64,000 bases of DNA. It comes from a bacterium (GTDB lineage Bacteria; Vulcanimicrobiota; JABDET01). Made by a program: the position numbers and the translations under genes. Location: NCBI GenBank assembly GCA_021817145.1, contig JAKAVV010000013.1:3141-67140 (forward strand), in the 5' to 3' direction. Of the stretch, positions 18,228 through 27,547 are shown one piece after another (position 1 is the first letter of the stretch; every line of letters begins with the position of its first letter). The notes under the pieces were generated by a model, which worked only from the letters and a program-made list of their open reading frames with translations, was not told where the DNA came from and ran no database searches.

Positions 18228-18797
18228 CTATACTTTGGTTGAAACTTTTGCCGATCGGTACATGCTCATAATATCACGGACATAATTCTGGGTCTGACGA
18301 TAAGGAGGGATTCCTCCATACTGCTTCACAGCATTAGGTCCTGCATTATAAGCGGCAAGAGCAAGGGAAACATTTCCCTTAAACTCATCCAGCAGCTGCC
18401 GTAAATATCGAGTTCCCGCAAAAACATTTTGCTGAGGATCAAAAGGGTTGTTCACTCCCAAGGATTTTGCGGTGGCAGGCATTAACTGCATTAAACCCAT
18501 GGCTCCCGCTGAACTGGTTACTTTGGGATCCCCTCCTGATTCTTGATGAATCACAGCTGCAATAAGGTTTGGATCAACGCCATATTTTTTCCCCGCCTGC
18601 TGAATAATCTCTTTGAATCCAGCAATCCCTTTCCCCATTCCAATTCCAACCTGAGGCAAACCAGAAGGCTGGAGAGGCTGAGTATATCCCGATAAAATCT
18701 GCTGAAAAGAACCCTGAGCTTGTTCAGGGGGAGAAAACCGTTCTTCTATCTGTTCAATTTTAGATTCGATTGTTTCGATTCTAGAAATGGCGTCCAT
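18228..18797 (-). CDS. Lytic transglycosylase (SLT domain) embedded in the flagellar operon
   Basis: SLT catalytic region ..AAVIHQESGGDPKVTSSAGAMGLMQLMPATAKSLGV..AGTRYLRQLL..AAYNAGPNAV. The E-S...GLMQ...AYNAG pattern is diagnostic. Confidence 0.75.
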   Translation of the reverse strand: MDAISRIETIESKIEQIEERFSPPEQAQGSFQQILSGYTQPLQPSGLPQVGIGMGKGIAGFKEIIQQAGKKYGVDPNLIAAVIHQESGGDPKVTSSAGAMGLMQLMPATAKSLGVNNPFDPQQNVFAGTRYLRQLLDEFKGNVSLALAAYNAGPNAVKQYGGIPPYRQTQNYVRDIMSMYRSAKVSTKV

Positions 18798-18870
18798 TGA
18801 TTCCTCCTATCTTTATCATAAATCTTCTGCTTTACGGTTTTGTTGCCTTTTTGTTAAAAAACTGTAAACA

Positions 18871-19335
18871 TTAGAAAAATTTTTCACCCTCCCTTGAAAA
18901 TTTTGTTGTGGCAATATCATCCAGCAGCTTTCGCTCTTCAGCTTCAGCCTCTGCCAGATAAACCTGATAATGCTTTTCCTTTAATTGTTCATAAGTTTTT
19001 CTTTCTTGAACCGCTTTTAGAAGTTTTTCCCTCTGAAGCTCCACATCGCTTTGGGCTTGCTGAACCTGAATCTGCTGGTCTGAAATTTCAGATGTCAGTC
19101 TTTTTTGATGATCCTGATACATTTTGAGCTCAACAACATTCAACTTTCCTTCAGAGCTTTTCACAGCCATTTCTTTCTGTCTCATCTGTTTCAAATCCAC
19201 CAGAAACTGAAGCTTCTGTTCTTCTTTAGCAAGAATTCCCTGTTTTTTTGCAAGCTCTCTCTGCTCTTCTTTCTCCTGTTTTTCTTTGTATTCAAGAACA
19301 GACTGCAGCCTGAATTTAAAGGTTCGAGAAGGCAT
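18871..19335 (-). CDS. fliJ: FliJ-like flagellar export chaperone (coiled coil)
   Basis: 154-aa highly charged coiled-coil protein immediately downstream of fliI. Assigned by position and composition. Confidence 0.5.
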   Translation of the reverse strand: MPSRTFKFRLQSVLEYKEKQEKEEQRELAKKQGILAKEEQKLQFLVDLKQMRQKEMAVKSSEGKLNVVELKMYQDHQKRLTSEISDQQIQVQQAQSDVELQREKLLKAVQERKTYEQLKEKHYQVYLAEAEAEERKLLDDIATTKFSREGEKFF

Positions 19336-19336
19336 A

Positions 19337-20659
19337 TCATGTCGCTGCCAGGGCTAAAATCCCTTGATAAGTCTCTTCAAAAGTGGAGGCAGAATCGCTC
19401 CCCCTCTGTTTAAAAAAATCATTCACAGAGTTAATCATTCTTTTGGCATGATCCACTTTTGTGTCGCTTCCCTCCTGATAAGCCCCGATATTAATGAGAT
19501 CCTCATTTTTCCTGTAAATTCCCATGATCTCTCGAATTTTTCCCGCTGCATCCTGATGTTCTCTGGTTGTCACCTCAGGGAACAATCGGGAAATACTTGC
19601 CAGAGCATCTACAGCAGGATATTGATTTTGATGGGCAATAGCCCTTGACAGAACAACATGTCCGTCCAAAATGCTTCGGACTGTATCGGCAATCGGCTCA
19701 TTCATATCATCCCCTTCAACAAGGACCGTATAAATCGCGGTAATGGTTCCTTTATCAGAAGTGCCGGATCGTTCCATCAATTTAGGCAGAAGCGCAAAAA
19801 CAGAGGGGGTATATCCTTTGGTGGCAGGGGGTTCGCCAATAGCCAGACCTACTTCTCTTTGAGCCATTGCATATCGAGTGACAGAATCCATCATAAACAT
19901 GACGTTTTTCCCCTGATCTCGAAAATACTCGGCTATCGCAGTTCCAACATAAGCCCCTTTTAACCTGACAAGAGCAGGCTGGTCGCTTGTCGCGCAGATC
20001 ACAACCGATTTTTTCATCCCTTCTTCTCCTAAATCCCGTTCAATAAAATCGCGAAGTTCTCTTCCTCTTTCTCCAATCAGAGCAATAACATTCACATCAG
20101 ATTCAGAGTTACGGGCTATCATTCCAAGGGTGGTGGATTTTCCCACCCCTGACCCCGCAAAAATTCCGATCCTCTGTCCTTTCCCAAAGGTCAGCAGAGC
20201 ATCAATGATCCGAACCCCTGTATAAAAAGGCTCTTTAATTCTTGGCCTTGTAATGGGGTTTGGAGGTTGATTATAAATAGAATACTCGGTTTCATACTCC
20301 AAAAGTCCTTTCCCATCAATAGGGTTTCCCAATCCATCTAAAATTCTTCCTAAAACTTTGGGTCCAACTTTCACTTTCAATGAATGTCCTGTTGTTCGAA
20401 CTTCACATCCTGGTCCAACGCCTCGATTTTCTCCGAGAGGCATCAACAAAACTTTATTATTTCTAAACCCTACGACTTCTGCCCACACAGGCTCTTTCAA
20501 TTCCTTGGAATAAATGAAACAGAGCTCCCCCACATTTCCGCCAGGACCTTCTGATTCAATAATCAATCCAATAATCTGTGTTACTTTCCCATACAGTTTA
20601 ACAAAAGAAGATTGATCCAAAATCGCTTCATATTTAGAAAAATCAATTTTCTGGAGCAT
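19337..20659 (-). CDS. fliI: Flagellum-specific ATPase FliI
   Basis: Walker A GIFAGSGVGKSTTLGMIARN and Walker B ..VMFMMDSVTRYA... Start trimmed to the ATG at 20659 (MLQKIDFSKYEAIL..), which is preceded by GGAGAAGGAGG. The tracker's upstream extension overlaps fliH by about 220 nt. Confidence 0.9.
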   Translation of the reverse strand: MLQKIDFSKYEAILDQSSFVKLYGKVTQIIGLIIESEGPGGNVGELCFIYSKELKEPVWAEVVGFRNNKVLLMPLGENRGVGPGCEVRTTGHSLKVKVGPKVLGRILDGLGNPIDGKGLLEYETEYSIYNQPPNPITRPRIKEPFYTGVRIIDALLTFGKGQRIGIFAGSGVGKSTTLGMIARNSESDVNVIALIGERGRELRDFIERDLGEEGMKKSVVICATSDQPALVRLKGAYVGTAIAEYFRDQGKNVMFMMDSVTRYAMAQREVGLAIGEPPATKGYTPSVFALLPKLMERSGTSDKGTITAIYTVLVEGDDMNEPIADTVRSILDGHVVLSRAIAHQNQYPAVDALASISRLFPEVTTREHQDAAGKIREIMGIYRKNEDLINIGAYQEGSDTKVDHAKRMINSVNDFFKQRGSDSASTFEETYQGILALAAT

Positions 20660-21491
20660 TAGAATCCTCCTTCTCCTGTTCAAATACTCGAGAAAAAGCC
20701 AGAGAAATCGCTTCCAGCTGCGTGGTAATTCTAGCATCCACTGTTCCCAGGTTGGTTTCAATAATACATCCTCCACGATCAGCGCGGGGATCGATCTGAA
20801 TTTCAACAGACCGAACGTCAGGAACGAACTTAAGAAAGACTTCTTTGTTTTTTTTGACGGTCTCAATATCTTCCTGATGAACCCTGAGAATAACGTGTTC
20901 TCGATCTTTAACTCTTTCCAGATTGGCTTTAATCATATTGACTACAACATTGGAATTTAAGCTGATCTCGCTTCCAATCACTCGCTGCGCGATTTTCACC
21001 GCAAGTTGAGCCAGATCGTTCTCAGCTTCTTTTCCCAGTCTTTCCCTTTCCCTTAATGCTTGTTCAAGGGTGTTTTTCGCCTCAATCATGATCTTTTTTA
21101 ACTGATCAAGTCCTGCTTCATATCCGCTTTTCTGCCCGATGTCAAACCCTTCTTTTTCAGCGTTTTCTCTCAGAGATTGAGTCAGGATTTTAGCTTCCTC
21201 AATAATTTTTTTTCCTTTATTTTTAGCCTCTTCTAAAATTCGTTCCGCTTCGGATTTTGCTTTTTCGAGCAGTTTATCAGCTTCTTCCTTCATTTTTGCG
21301 ACAGTTTCTGAACTGACAGCAGAAGATGCCTCCACAGACGCTGCAGGCTTTTCTTTTAACAGCTGCACTGGTTTTTCCGGCGTTTTTGGCTGCTGATTAG
21401 GAGGTGGAACGGTTTCCGCAAAAAGAGGGACAGGTTGATATGAAATCGTCCCTTTTTTGATCAAAGAACTTTTTTTAGATTCCTGCATCAA
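20643..21491 (-). CDS. fliH: Flagellar assembly protein FliH
   Basis: 282-aa Glu/Lys-rich coiled coil with a C-terminal FliH domain. Sits between fliG and fliI with a short overlap into fliI. Confidence 0.6.
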   Translation of the reverse strand: MMQESKKSSLIKKGTISYQPVPLFAETVPPPNQQPKTPEKPVQLLKEKPAASVEASSAVSSETVAKMKEEADKLLEKAKSEAERILEEAKNKGKKIIEEAKILTQSLRENAEKEGFDIGQKSGYEAGLDQLKKIMIEAKNTLEQALRERERLGKEAENDLAQLAVKIAQRVIGSEISLNSNVVVNMIKANLERVKDREHVILRVHQEDIETVKKNKEVFLKFVPDVRSVEIQIDPRADRGGCIIETNLGTVDARITTQLEAISLAFSRVFEQEKEDSNAPEN

Positions 21492-22462
21492 TTCACTCCA
21501 GGAGAAGAAAATTTAATTTTCCCGATAATAATCAGTCCTCTTAAATTATTTCGAATCTGCTGCTGGGCCGCTTTCACTTCTTCCCAGGATGGAGGACCTA
21601 AAGCTTCCACATCTTCCCGAACCGCCTGGGCTTTTTCCGAGGACATGGCATCATAAATTTTATTAGAAATCTCAGGAGAAGTTCCTTTCAAAGCCATGAC
21701 CAGATCTCGAATATCTGTCACTTTTAACAGCTGCTGAATGCCGGATTTATCCAGGGCGACCAAATCCTCAAACTCACACAATTGATTTTTTAAATTATTT
21801 GCGAGTTTAGGACTCTTACGCGCCAATCCCGATAAAATTTTCTCTTCTGTCGAGCGGTCTGTGCGGTTTAAGATCTGCATCAAAGTATCTTTGCCTGTTG
21901 AGGTGGAAAATCCATTCTCGACAAGAAGATAATAACGATCTTCTAAAACTTGTTCCACATCTTTTAGAATCTCGGATCTCACTCTCCCGATTTCAGCCAA
22001 TCTCCTTGCCACTTCACCCTGTAAATGCGGGCTCATTTCCTGCAAAACAGCGGTTGCCTGAGCAGCCGAAAGATTTGAAAGAACCAGAGCAATGGTCTGG
22101 GGAAGTTCTTTTTCCAGCAAAGTTAAAATCTGCCCTGGGTCAGCCCGCAGAAGAAAAGCAAACGGTTTCCCTGTTTTGTAAGATCTTCTTGGTTCTATAT
22201 CTTCTCCTCTTCTGGAAAGAGAAGGAAGATTTTGAGGCTGCTGGTGAGCCTGCCCTTGAACTTTTGAGGTTTCCAAAAATTCTTTAATCACCTGGTCCTT
22301 AACTTCTTGAGGAATATTGGCGGTTTTAGACATTTCAAGGGTAAGAGCCTGTCCTTCTTCAGCGGGAAAAGACTGCAAAACCTGAGCTGAAAGCTCGGGC
22401 GGAAGTGACATAATTAAAATCGCGGCTTTTTGCCTCGGAGACAAATCCTGGTTAGGCTGCAA
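21488..22462 (-). CDS. fliG: Flagellar motor switch protein FliG
   Basis: 324 aa. FliG N/M/C domain conservation (..AAILIMSLPPELSAQVL..). TTG start with a GAGG RBS. Confidence 0.9.
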   Translation of the reverse strand: MQPNQDLSPRQKAAILIMSLPPELSAQVLQSFPAEEGQALTLEMSKTANIPQEVKDQVIKEFLETSKVQGQAHQQPQNLPSLSRRGEDIEPRRSYKTGKPFAFLLRADPGQILTLLEKELPQTIALVLSNLSAAQATAVLQEMSPHLQGEVARRLAEIGRVRSEILKDVEQVLEDRYYLLVENGFSTSTGKDTLMQILNRTDRSTEEKILSGLARKSPKLANNLKNQLCEFEDLVALDKSGIQQLLKVTDIRDLVMALKGTSPEISNKIYDAMSSEKAQAVREDVEALGPPSWEEVKAAQQQIRNNLRGLIIIGKIKFSSPGVN

Positions 22463-22556
22463 GTTGATTCCTCATCTCATGCTCTTTTCCAATTGTAGCA
22501 AATCGGATGAGTTTTGACAAGAGGAGGGGGATTTTTCTCTAAAGCCCCCTCATGTA

Positions 22557-24035
22557 TCAGGCAGTAATCGGATTAAGGATAGAACCAGCAGAAAAACCAT
22601 TGATCCGATAATACAGCTCATAGGCTTGCTGCTCTGTAAGGCTTGCCACAAAATCAGCCGCGGTTCGCGCAAAAAATTGCTTCTTATTCTTATTCTTATT
22701 GGATGTTTTATTCTCTTCCAACTCTTTTTCAACGAAATACTTAACCCATTCAGGAAAAACTTTTAGCTCTATCTTCTCCTTATTTAAGTAATTAAATGCC
22801 CAGTTAAACAGGCATTCTATAATTTTTTGGCAACCCGTTTGTTGGGATGCAAGAGAGCGCCCTTCAATAACATAATACCAAGTCAAACTTTTCAGCACTT
22901 CGATTTCGATTCTCATGGCGCTTGGAACAATAATCCATTTAAATGTCCCACTCGTCGCAGGCGGAGAGGGGGTAAGGTTAATCTGACGAAAACAATCGTT
23001 TAAAAAGCGATTTGTAAAATCCTCAGAGAAAAGAGCCATCTGTGTAGGTAAGCCTTTATATCTATCCTTCGAAATGCCTTCTGTCCTATTGCTAATTATT
23101 TCCCCAACCTTTTCTTTGAATTTTTCCTTATTTGTCAAGTTTAACTCTTTTAATAACCCCTTTTTCCCCCATTTCTTATAAGTGTATTCCAAAAAATCGT
23201 CAATCTCTTTATCCTGTGGTTGTTTCTGTACTTTATTGTGATCGTCTTCTGCATAGTGTCTTGCAAAAAGTTCCAAGGGGATAAGCCCCGCTTTATAAAA
23301 ATCCTCAACATCATGAATTGCATAAGTAATGTCATCCGCCAGATCCATAATATCAGCTTCCACACTTCTAATGTCATTCGTGCATCCATTTCTTGCAAAG
23401 CCAAAAGCCTCATCATCTTCTGTGTATGCCCCAAATTTTTCTTTTTTTTTGCCCTCTTTTTCCCATCTCCATGGATATTTCAATACCGCATTTAAGGTTG
23501 CTCTTGTTAAATCAAGACCAAGCTGATTTTGATCCCACTTCCATTCGTCATTATTTCGATGGTTCATACGAATAGCAAGCCTAGTGATAATACGGAAGCT
23601 TTGCGCATTTCCTTCAAAACCCTCATGATCTTGACCACTTGCCTTCTTGACAAGCTGATTGAGTTTTTGTTCAGCAGTATGACCAAAGGGGGGGTGTCCA
23701 AGATCATGAGCCAATGCAGCGGCTTCAGCAACATCAGGATCGATCTCAATTTCTCCGCTTTTTACCGTCTCCTTGAGTCGCTCTGCTAATCTGCGGGCAA
23801 TTTGCGCCACTTTTAATGTATGGGTTAGGCGTGTATGGAAAACATGGGTAAGCCCTTCCTGTGAACTGACAACTTGTGTAACTCCCCCTAATCTCCTAAA
23901 ATAAGGGGAGTAAAGCAATCGATCATGATCGTGTTGAAATGGAGTTCTCCAATCTGGAGTATTAGGATCTTTCTTGCTATTAGTAGAAGGTCCACTCTGC
24001 CTATCGTCACGTTGAGGCATTTGCATGATGGGCAA
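22557..24035 (-). CDS. dGTPase-family HD-domain triphosphohydrolase (Dgt-like)
   Basis: Canonical Dgt motifs: DHDRLLYSPYFRRLGGVTQV...RLTHTLKVAQIAR...ALAHDLGHPPFGH...DLADDITYAIHDVED. 492 aa. Sits between fliF and fliG. Confidence 0.85.
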   Translation of the reverse strand: MPIMQMPQRDDRQSGPSTNSKKDPNTPDWRTPFQHDHDRLLYSPYFRRLGGVTQVVSSQEGLTHVFHTRLTHTLKVAQIARRLAERLKETVKSGEIEIDPDVAEAAALAHDLGHPPFGHTAEQKLNQLVKKASGQDHEGFEGNAQSFRIITRLAIRMNHRNNDEWKWDQNQLGLDLTRATLNAVLKYPWRWEKEGKKKEKFGAYTEDDEAFGFARNGCTNDIRSVEADIMDLADDITYAIHDVEDFYKAGLIPLELFARHYAEDDHNKVQKQPQDKEIDDFLEYTYKKWGKKGLLKELNLTNKEKFKEKVGEIISNRTEGISKDRYKGLPTQMALFSEDFTNRFLNDCFRQINLTPSPPATSGTFKWIIVPSAMRIEIEVLKSLTWYYVIEGRSLASQQTGCQKIIECLFNWAFNYLNKEKIELKVFPEWVKYFVEKELEENKTSNKNKNKKQFFARTAADFVASLTEQQAYELYYRINGFSAGSILNPITA

Positions 24036-24043
24036 ACAGGCGC

Positions 24044-24289
24044 TTATACTTTGGTGGCGTATTTCCCGAGCTCAGACAGCTTTATCTTGTTCTCATCATA
24101 AAGATCCATAATCGCCTTATTAAAATCACTCTTCCAATATGGCAGGTTTTGAGCTTTCAACTTTTTTTCTACTGCAGAAGCTAGATTCCTTATTAGCATT
24201 TTATCCCTTCCCTCTGGCAACCTTTCCTTTAGCAACTCCAAAATCATCCCTTTAATTTGCTCTACAGTATCAACGACTAGCCCTGGCAT
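24044..24289 (-). CDS. Hypothetical 81-aa protein co-oriented with, and 8-17 nt upstream of, the dGTPase gene
   Basis: ORF MPGLVVDTVEQIKGMILELLKERLPEGRDKMLIRNL...; no family recognised. Appears operonic with the dGTPase. Confidence 0.4.
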   Translation of the reverse strand: MPGLVVDTVEQIKGMILELLKERLPEGRDKMLIRNLASAVEKKLKAQNLPYWKSDFNKAIMDLYDENKIKLSELGKYATKV

Positions 24290-24422
24290 ATTTCACTCCC
24301 TCCTTCATTAAACTCACAGCTCCCGCTCTCTAAACTTTCTCGTAAATGACCTGATATCCTCCACTTCCAAGAACAATGTTATTCCCAAGAACAATCATTA
24401 TAATCGGATGGGCGCGCCCTTT

Positions 24423-26087
24423 TTACTTTTCAGACAGCCATGTTGTTTTTAACAGTTCAGCCACTTTAGTGGGCTTTTCTTTTGCTAACTGCTCCAGCTT
24501 TTCAGTTTGATTGGCTTGAACCGTTTTAGCAGGAGGATTGGAAACTTTTCCTGTCTTTTCATTCAACAGATCGCTGATATCTGAGACTGTTTCCGCAGGT
24601 CCTGGAGATAAGACCAACTGCCCTTTTTGAGACTGAACTTTCTGCTGGCGGAGGAAAAAGAAGATCCCGAGAATTAATCCGACTGACAGTAAACCTGCTA
24701 GAATTCGAAGGGCTTCACTGTCAGAAATGGGAGATGGAGCATTTTGACGGAAGAAACCGCCCTGATCCATTTGCTTGGTCAGTCTAGCAATCGCATGAGA
24801 TTGAAAAGGAAGGGTTCCAAAGCTCACTCTATCTCCACGCACAGAATCCATGCCAATCGCATTTTTGATAGAAGCTGTCAAGGTCTGGATAGAAGAAGGA
24901 CTTAAGGATTGATCTGCCAGAACAGCGGCTGTAATCCGAGTAACCTGCCCAGGAGTATAAATTGTTCTCTGATTGGTTTGATCAATCGCATTTTTTACCA
25001 GGGTTTGAGATTTTTCATAACGAGTACCTCGTTGGGCAGAGCCGCCATAAGGTTGAAACCCTAACTGCTGTGCTCCTCCCCCTTGAGAACCATGGCTTTT
25101 ATTATTAAACTTCTCGGTCACTTTCGATTTTTCAATTGGGAGACTGCCGCTGGTGTTCAAGCCTGTTCCAACTTTCTGAGATCGGGCTTCTGATTGATTC
25201 CAATCAATATGGACATTCACAGCAACAGCGTATTTCCCTCTTCCAAGCACAGGATTTAAAATCTGACGAATTTGGGACTCATACTGTTTTTCATAAGCTT
25301 CTTTTATTTTCAACATATTGTCAGGCATGCTTTCATTCTGGTAGTTCTTCAGCATCTGGCTCAGCAGTCTTCCATGAGTATCTGTAATCTGGACATTTTG
25401 CGGGTTTAAGTACGGCACAGATGCTGATACTAAATTTTGAATCGCTTTTGCTTCTTGAAGAGAGAACTGTTCTCCTGGCATCAATTTTAAAACAACAGCT
25501 GCTTTAGCCTGCTGTTTTTGATCGCTGAAAAAGTTATCTGTTTGCGAAGGGATAACCAAATTGACATTGGCATCTGCAATCCCATGGAATTGACGCAGAA
25601 CAGCAGTTAATTCTCTTTCAAGATAAAGCCGTTTATCCAGTGAAAACTGCTCAGAGGTTTCCCCTGTTGAAGGGGCTGGCATCTGAACAAAAGGCTGATG
25701 AGGAAGCCCTTCCTGAGTAAGAGTAGCAAGAGCCTGAACTTTCTGAGAAGGAGGAACTAAGATTTCATTCGTTCGAGAAGAAATTGTATAAGGGACTCCC
25801 ATTTGAGACAAAGCCTGAGTCACATCTTGAACATCTCTGGCGCTCAAAGGGATTTCATAAAGATTAACATAAGCTGTTTCTTTCTTAATCTGAGCAATTA
25901 AAAGAACAAGAATAAGAAGAACGGCCACAGCGCCACCTGCTGTCCATTTTTGTTTATTCGTCAATCTTTTCCAACTTTCCGCGATTTTCATATAAACCGG
26001 CTGCTTAGGCTGCATTCCAAACCTTCCTGCGGTTCCCCCTGGCTGACCTGTTCTGGTAGGCATTGTAGGTTGAGTTCCTGTAGGCAT
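24423..26087 (-). CDS. fliF: Flagellar M-ring protein FliF
   Basis: 554 aa. N-terminal TM segment followed by the conserved FliF periplasmic region (..YVNLYEIPLSARDVQDVTQALSQMGVPYTIS..) and a second TM near the C-terminus. Confidence 0.85.
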   Translation of the reverse strand: MPTGTQPTMPTRTGQPGGTAGRFGMQPKQPVYMKIAESWKRLTNKQKWTAGGAVAVLLILVLLIAQIKKETAYVNLYEIPLSARDVQDVTQALSQMGVPYTISSRTNEILVPPSQKVQALATLTQEGLPHQPFVQMPAPSTGETSEQFSLDKRLYLERELTAVLRQFHGIADANVNLVIPSQTDNFFSDQKQQAKAAVVLKLMPGEQFSLQEAKAIQNLVSASVPYLNPQNVQITDTHGRLLSQMLKNYQNESMPDNMLKIKEAYEKQYESQIRQILNPVLGRGKYAVAVNVHIDWNQSEARSQKVGTGLNTSGSLPIEKSKVTEKFNNKSHGSQGGGAQQLGFQPYGGSAQRGTRYEKSQTLVKNAIDQTNQRTIYTPGQVTRITAAVLADQSLSPSSIQTLTASIKNAIGMDSVRGDRVSFGTLPFQSHAIARLTKQMDQGGFFRQNAPSPISDSEALRILAGLLSVGLILGIFFFLRQQKVQSQKGQLVLSPGPAETVSDISDLLNEKTGKVSNPPAKTVQANQTEKLEQLAKEKPTKVAELLKTTWLSEK

Positions 26088-26115
26088 TTCTTTGTCCTCC
26101 TCTTAATTTAAAAGC

Positions 26116-26436
26116 TTAAAACTGCATCTGGAACAAACTGGTAGCTGCTGTCGTTACTTTTGAAGTAACAGCTGTTGCCAGTTCCAAAAGAATCTTTGCT
26201 TCTGCGGCAGAAGCCATAACACTGTGAAGATTATTTATCTTGCCAATCATGGCTTCCTGCAGCATAGAACCCGTATTGTTAATCGTATCATTCACTCCAC
26301 CGTAAAATTGCCCCAGGTAATTCTCAAAAGGCACACTTGCCGCAGATTGAGATCCCCCTGAACTTAAAAAATCTTTTGTGTCATCTAAATGACTTGAAAG
26401 GGGCTGAATTGCTTTAAAAGGAATTGGAGAATTCAT
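26116..26436 (-). CDS. fliE: Flagellar hook-basal body protein FliE
   Basis: 106-aa protein between flgC and fliF, with a C-terminal ..AEAKILLELATAVTSKVTTAATSLFQMQF helix typical of FliE. Confidence 0.55.
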   Translation of the reverse strand: MNSPIPFKAIQPLSSHLDDTKDFLSSGGSQSAASVPFENYLGQFYGGVNDTINNTGSMLQEAMIGKINNLHSVMASAAEAKILLELATAVTSKVTTAATSLFQMQF

Positions 26437-26446
26437 GATTTACCTC

Positions 26447-26911
26447 CTATGGCACCAGGCCCAAATCTTGCTGCTTCATATGTTTAGCAGCTTCAAAAAC
26501 AGCCACATTTGCTTGATAAGCTCTACTGGCTTGAATCATATTCGTCATCTCTGTAATGAGATCCACATTAGGCATAGCCACATAACCTTTTGAATTAGCC
26601 ATGGGGTTATGAGGATCATAAACCATTTTGGGAGGAGCAGGATCATTAACCACTGCAGCGACTTTAACCCCCTGTCCAATCCCTGAACCGCCACTGCCTG
26701 AACCAAAAGGGAGACCAAAAGCGGCAGGGACAAAAAAACTGTCGAAGGAAGGGGTCTTTTCCTGGAAAAGAGCTACTTTCTCTTGATAAGGTCCACCGCC
26801 AGGAGTTGAGGTTGTGTTAATATTGGCAATATTCTGCCCAATTAAATCCATCTCAGTTCTTTCAGCGCTCATTCCACTGGCACTGATATCAAAAGCGTTA
26901 AAAATTCCCAT
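26447..26911 (-). CDS. flgC: Flagellar basal-body rod protein FlgC
   Basis: N-terminal ..SGMSAERTEMDLIGQNIANINTT.. and C-terminal ..YVAMPNVDLITEMTNMIQASRAYQANV.. rod motifs. Confidence 0.9.
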   Translation of the reverse strand: MGIFNAFDISASGMSAERTEMDLIGQNIANINTTSTPGGGPYQEKVALFQEKTPSFDSFFVPAAFGLPFGSGSGGSGIGQGVKVAAVVNDPAPPKMVYDPHNPMANSKGYVAMPNVDLITEMTNMIQASRAYQANVAVFEAAKHMKQQDLGLVP

Positions 26912-26933
26912 TTTTCAATACCTCCTTAATTTA

Positions 26934-27371
26934 TTATGCAGGACCGCCTGTCAGTCCTTGAATTGGAATCTGTTCCCACTTTGGGGTAAATGACTTGGCT
27001 GCAATATCATACATAATTTGAACTTTTGCCAGATCAGCCATCTGCTGATTTAAGTTGACCTTTTTATTTTCCTCTACTTCAATCCTAGGATTAGAGGATG
27101 AATTCGGAATCATGGATTGGAATTCAGGAGAAAACCCGGTGAGATGAACTTGAAAAGGCTGATTTCCTCCCCCTCCTCCCAGACTGCTTTCAGCCAGCAA
27201 TCCTTTTAACTGGCTTTGGAAATCCACTTTTTCGGGATGATAATTCGGATTGTTAGCATTGGCAATATTATTGGCAATGGCTTTCTGCTCAAGAGAAAGT
27301 CCACTCATGGCATGTTCAAAATATCCGAACCAGGGTCCGAAAAAATTTGTGGCGTAACTCATGTTTGGCAC
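26934..27371 (-). CDS. flgB: Flagellar basal-body rod protein FlgB
   Basis: ..LEQKAIANNIANANNPNY.. rod N-terminal motif. First gene of the operon. GTG start at 27371, or ATG 9 nt downstream. Confidence 0.85.
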   Translation of the reverse strand: MPNMSYATNFFGPWFGYFEHAMSGLSLEQKAIANNIANANNPNYHPEKVDFQSQLKGLLAESSLGGGGGNQPFQVHLTGFSPEFQSMIPNSSSNPRIEVEENKKVNLNQQMADLAKVQIMYDIAAKSFTPKWEQIPIQGLTGGPA

Positions 27372-27547
27372 CTCTCTTTATTTTTTTGTTCTTGTTTTAA
27401 TCATAATACATGGGTGTTAACTTTTCATAATCAATTTGTTAAAAACTTGTAAACATTTTAATTTTTTATAATTTTTTTTAAAAAAGTCTTGACATTTATT
27501 CCGATTGTCGTGAAAAAAGAGTAGAACGAAAGAGGAATATTTATTTT

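Noticed and set aside
19105-19413. 102-aa plus-strand ORF antisense to fliJ
   Set aside because: Low-complexity Leu/Phe-rich product antisense to a Glu/Lys-rich coiled-coil gene. Classic shadow ORF.
22550-23789. Cluster of 60-95-aa ORFs on both strands within the dGTPase region
   Set aside because: All are nested in alternative frames of the 492-aa dGTPase ORF, which carries complete family motifs. They probably reflect locally lower GC and atypical codon usage rather than genes.
24405-24425. GGGCGCGCCC palindrome followed by TTTTT, considered as a terminator
   Set aside because: A 10-bp perfect palindrome with no loop cannot form a stable terminator hairpin. The T-run is on the plus strand, but there is no plus-strand gene upstream. 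It is more likely a protein-binding or restriction-type site, or a boundary of the inserted cassette.
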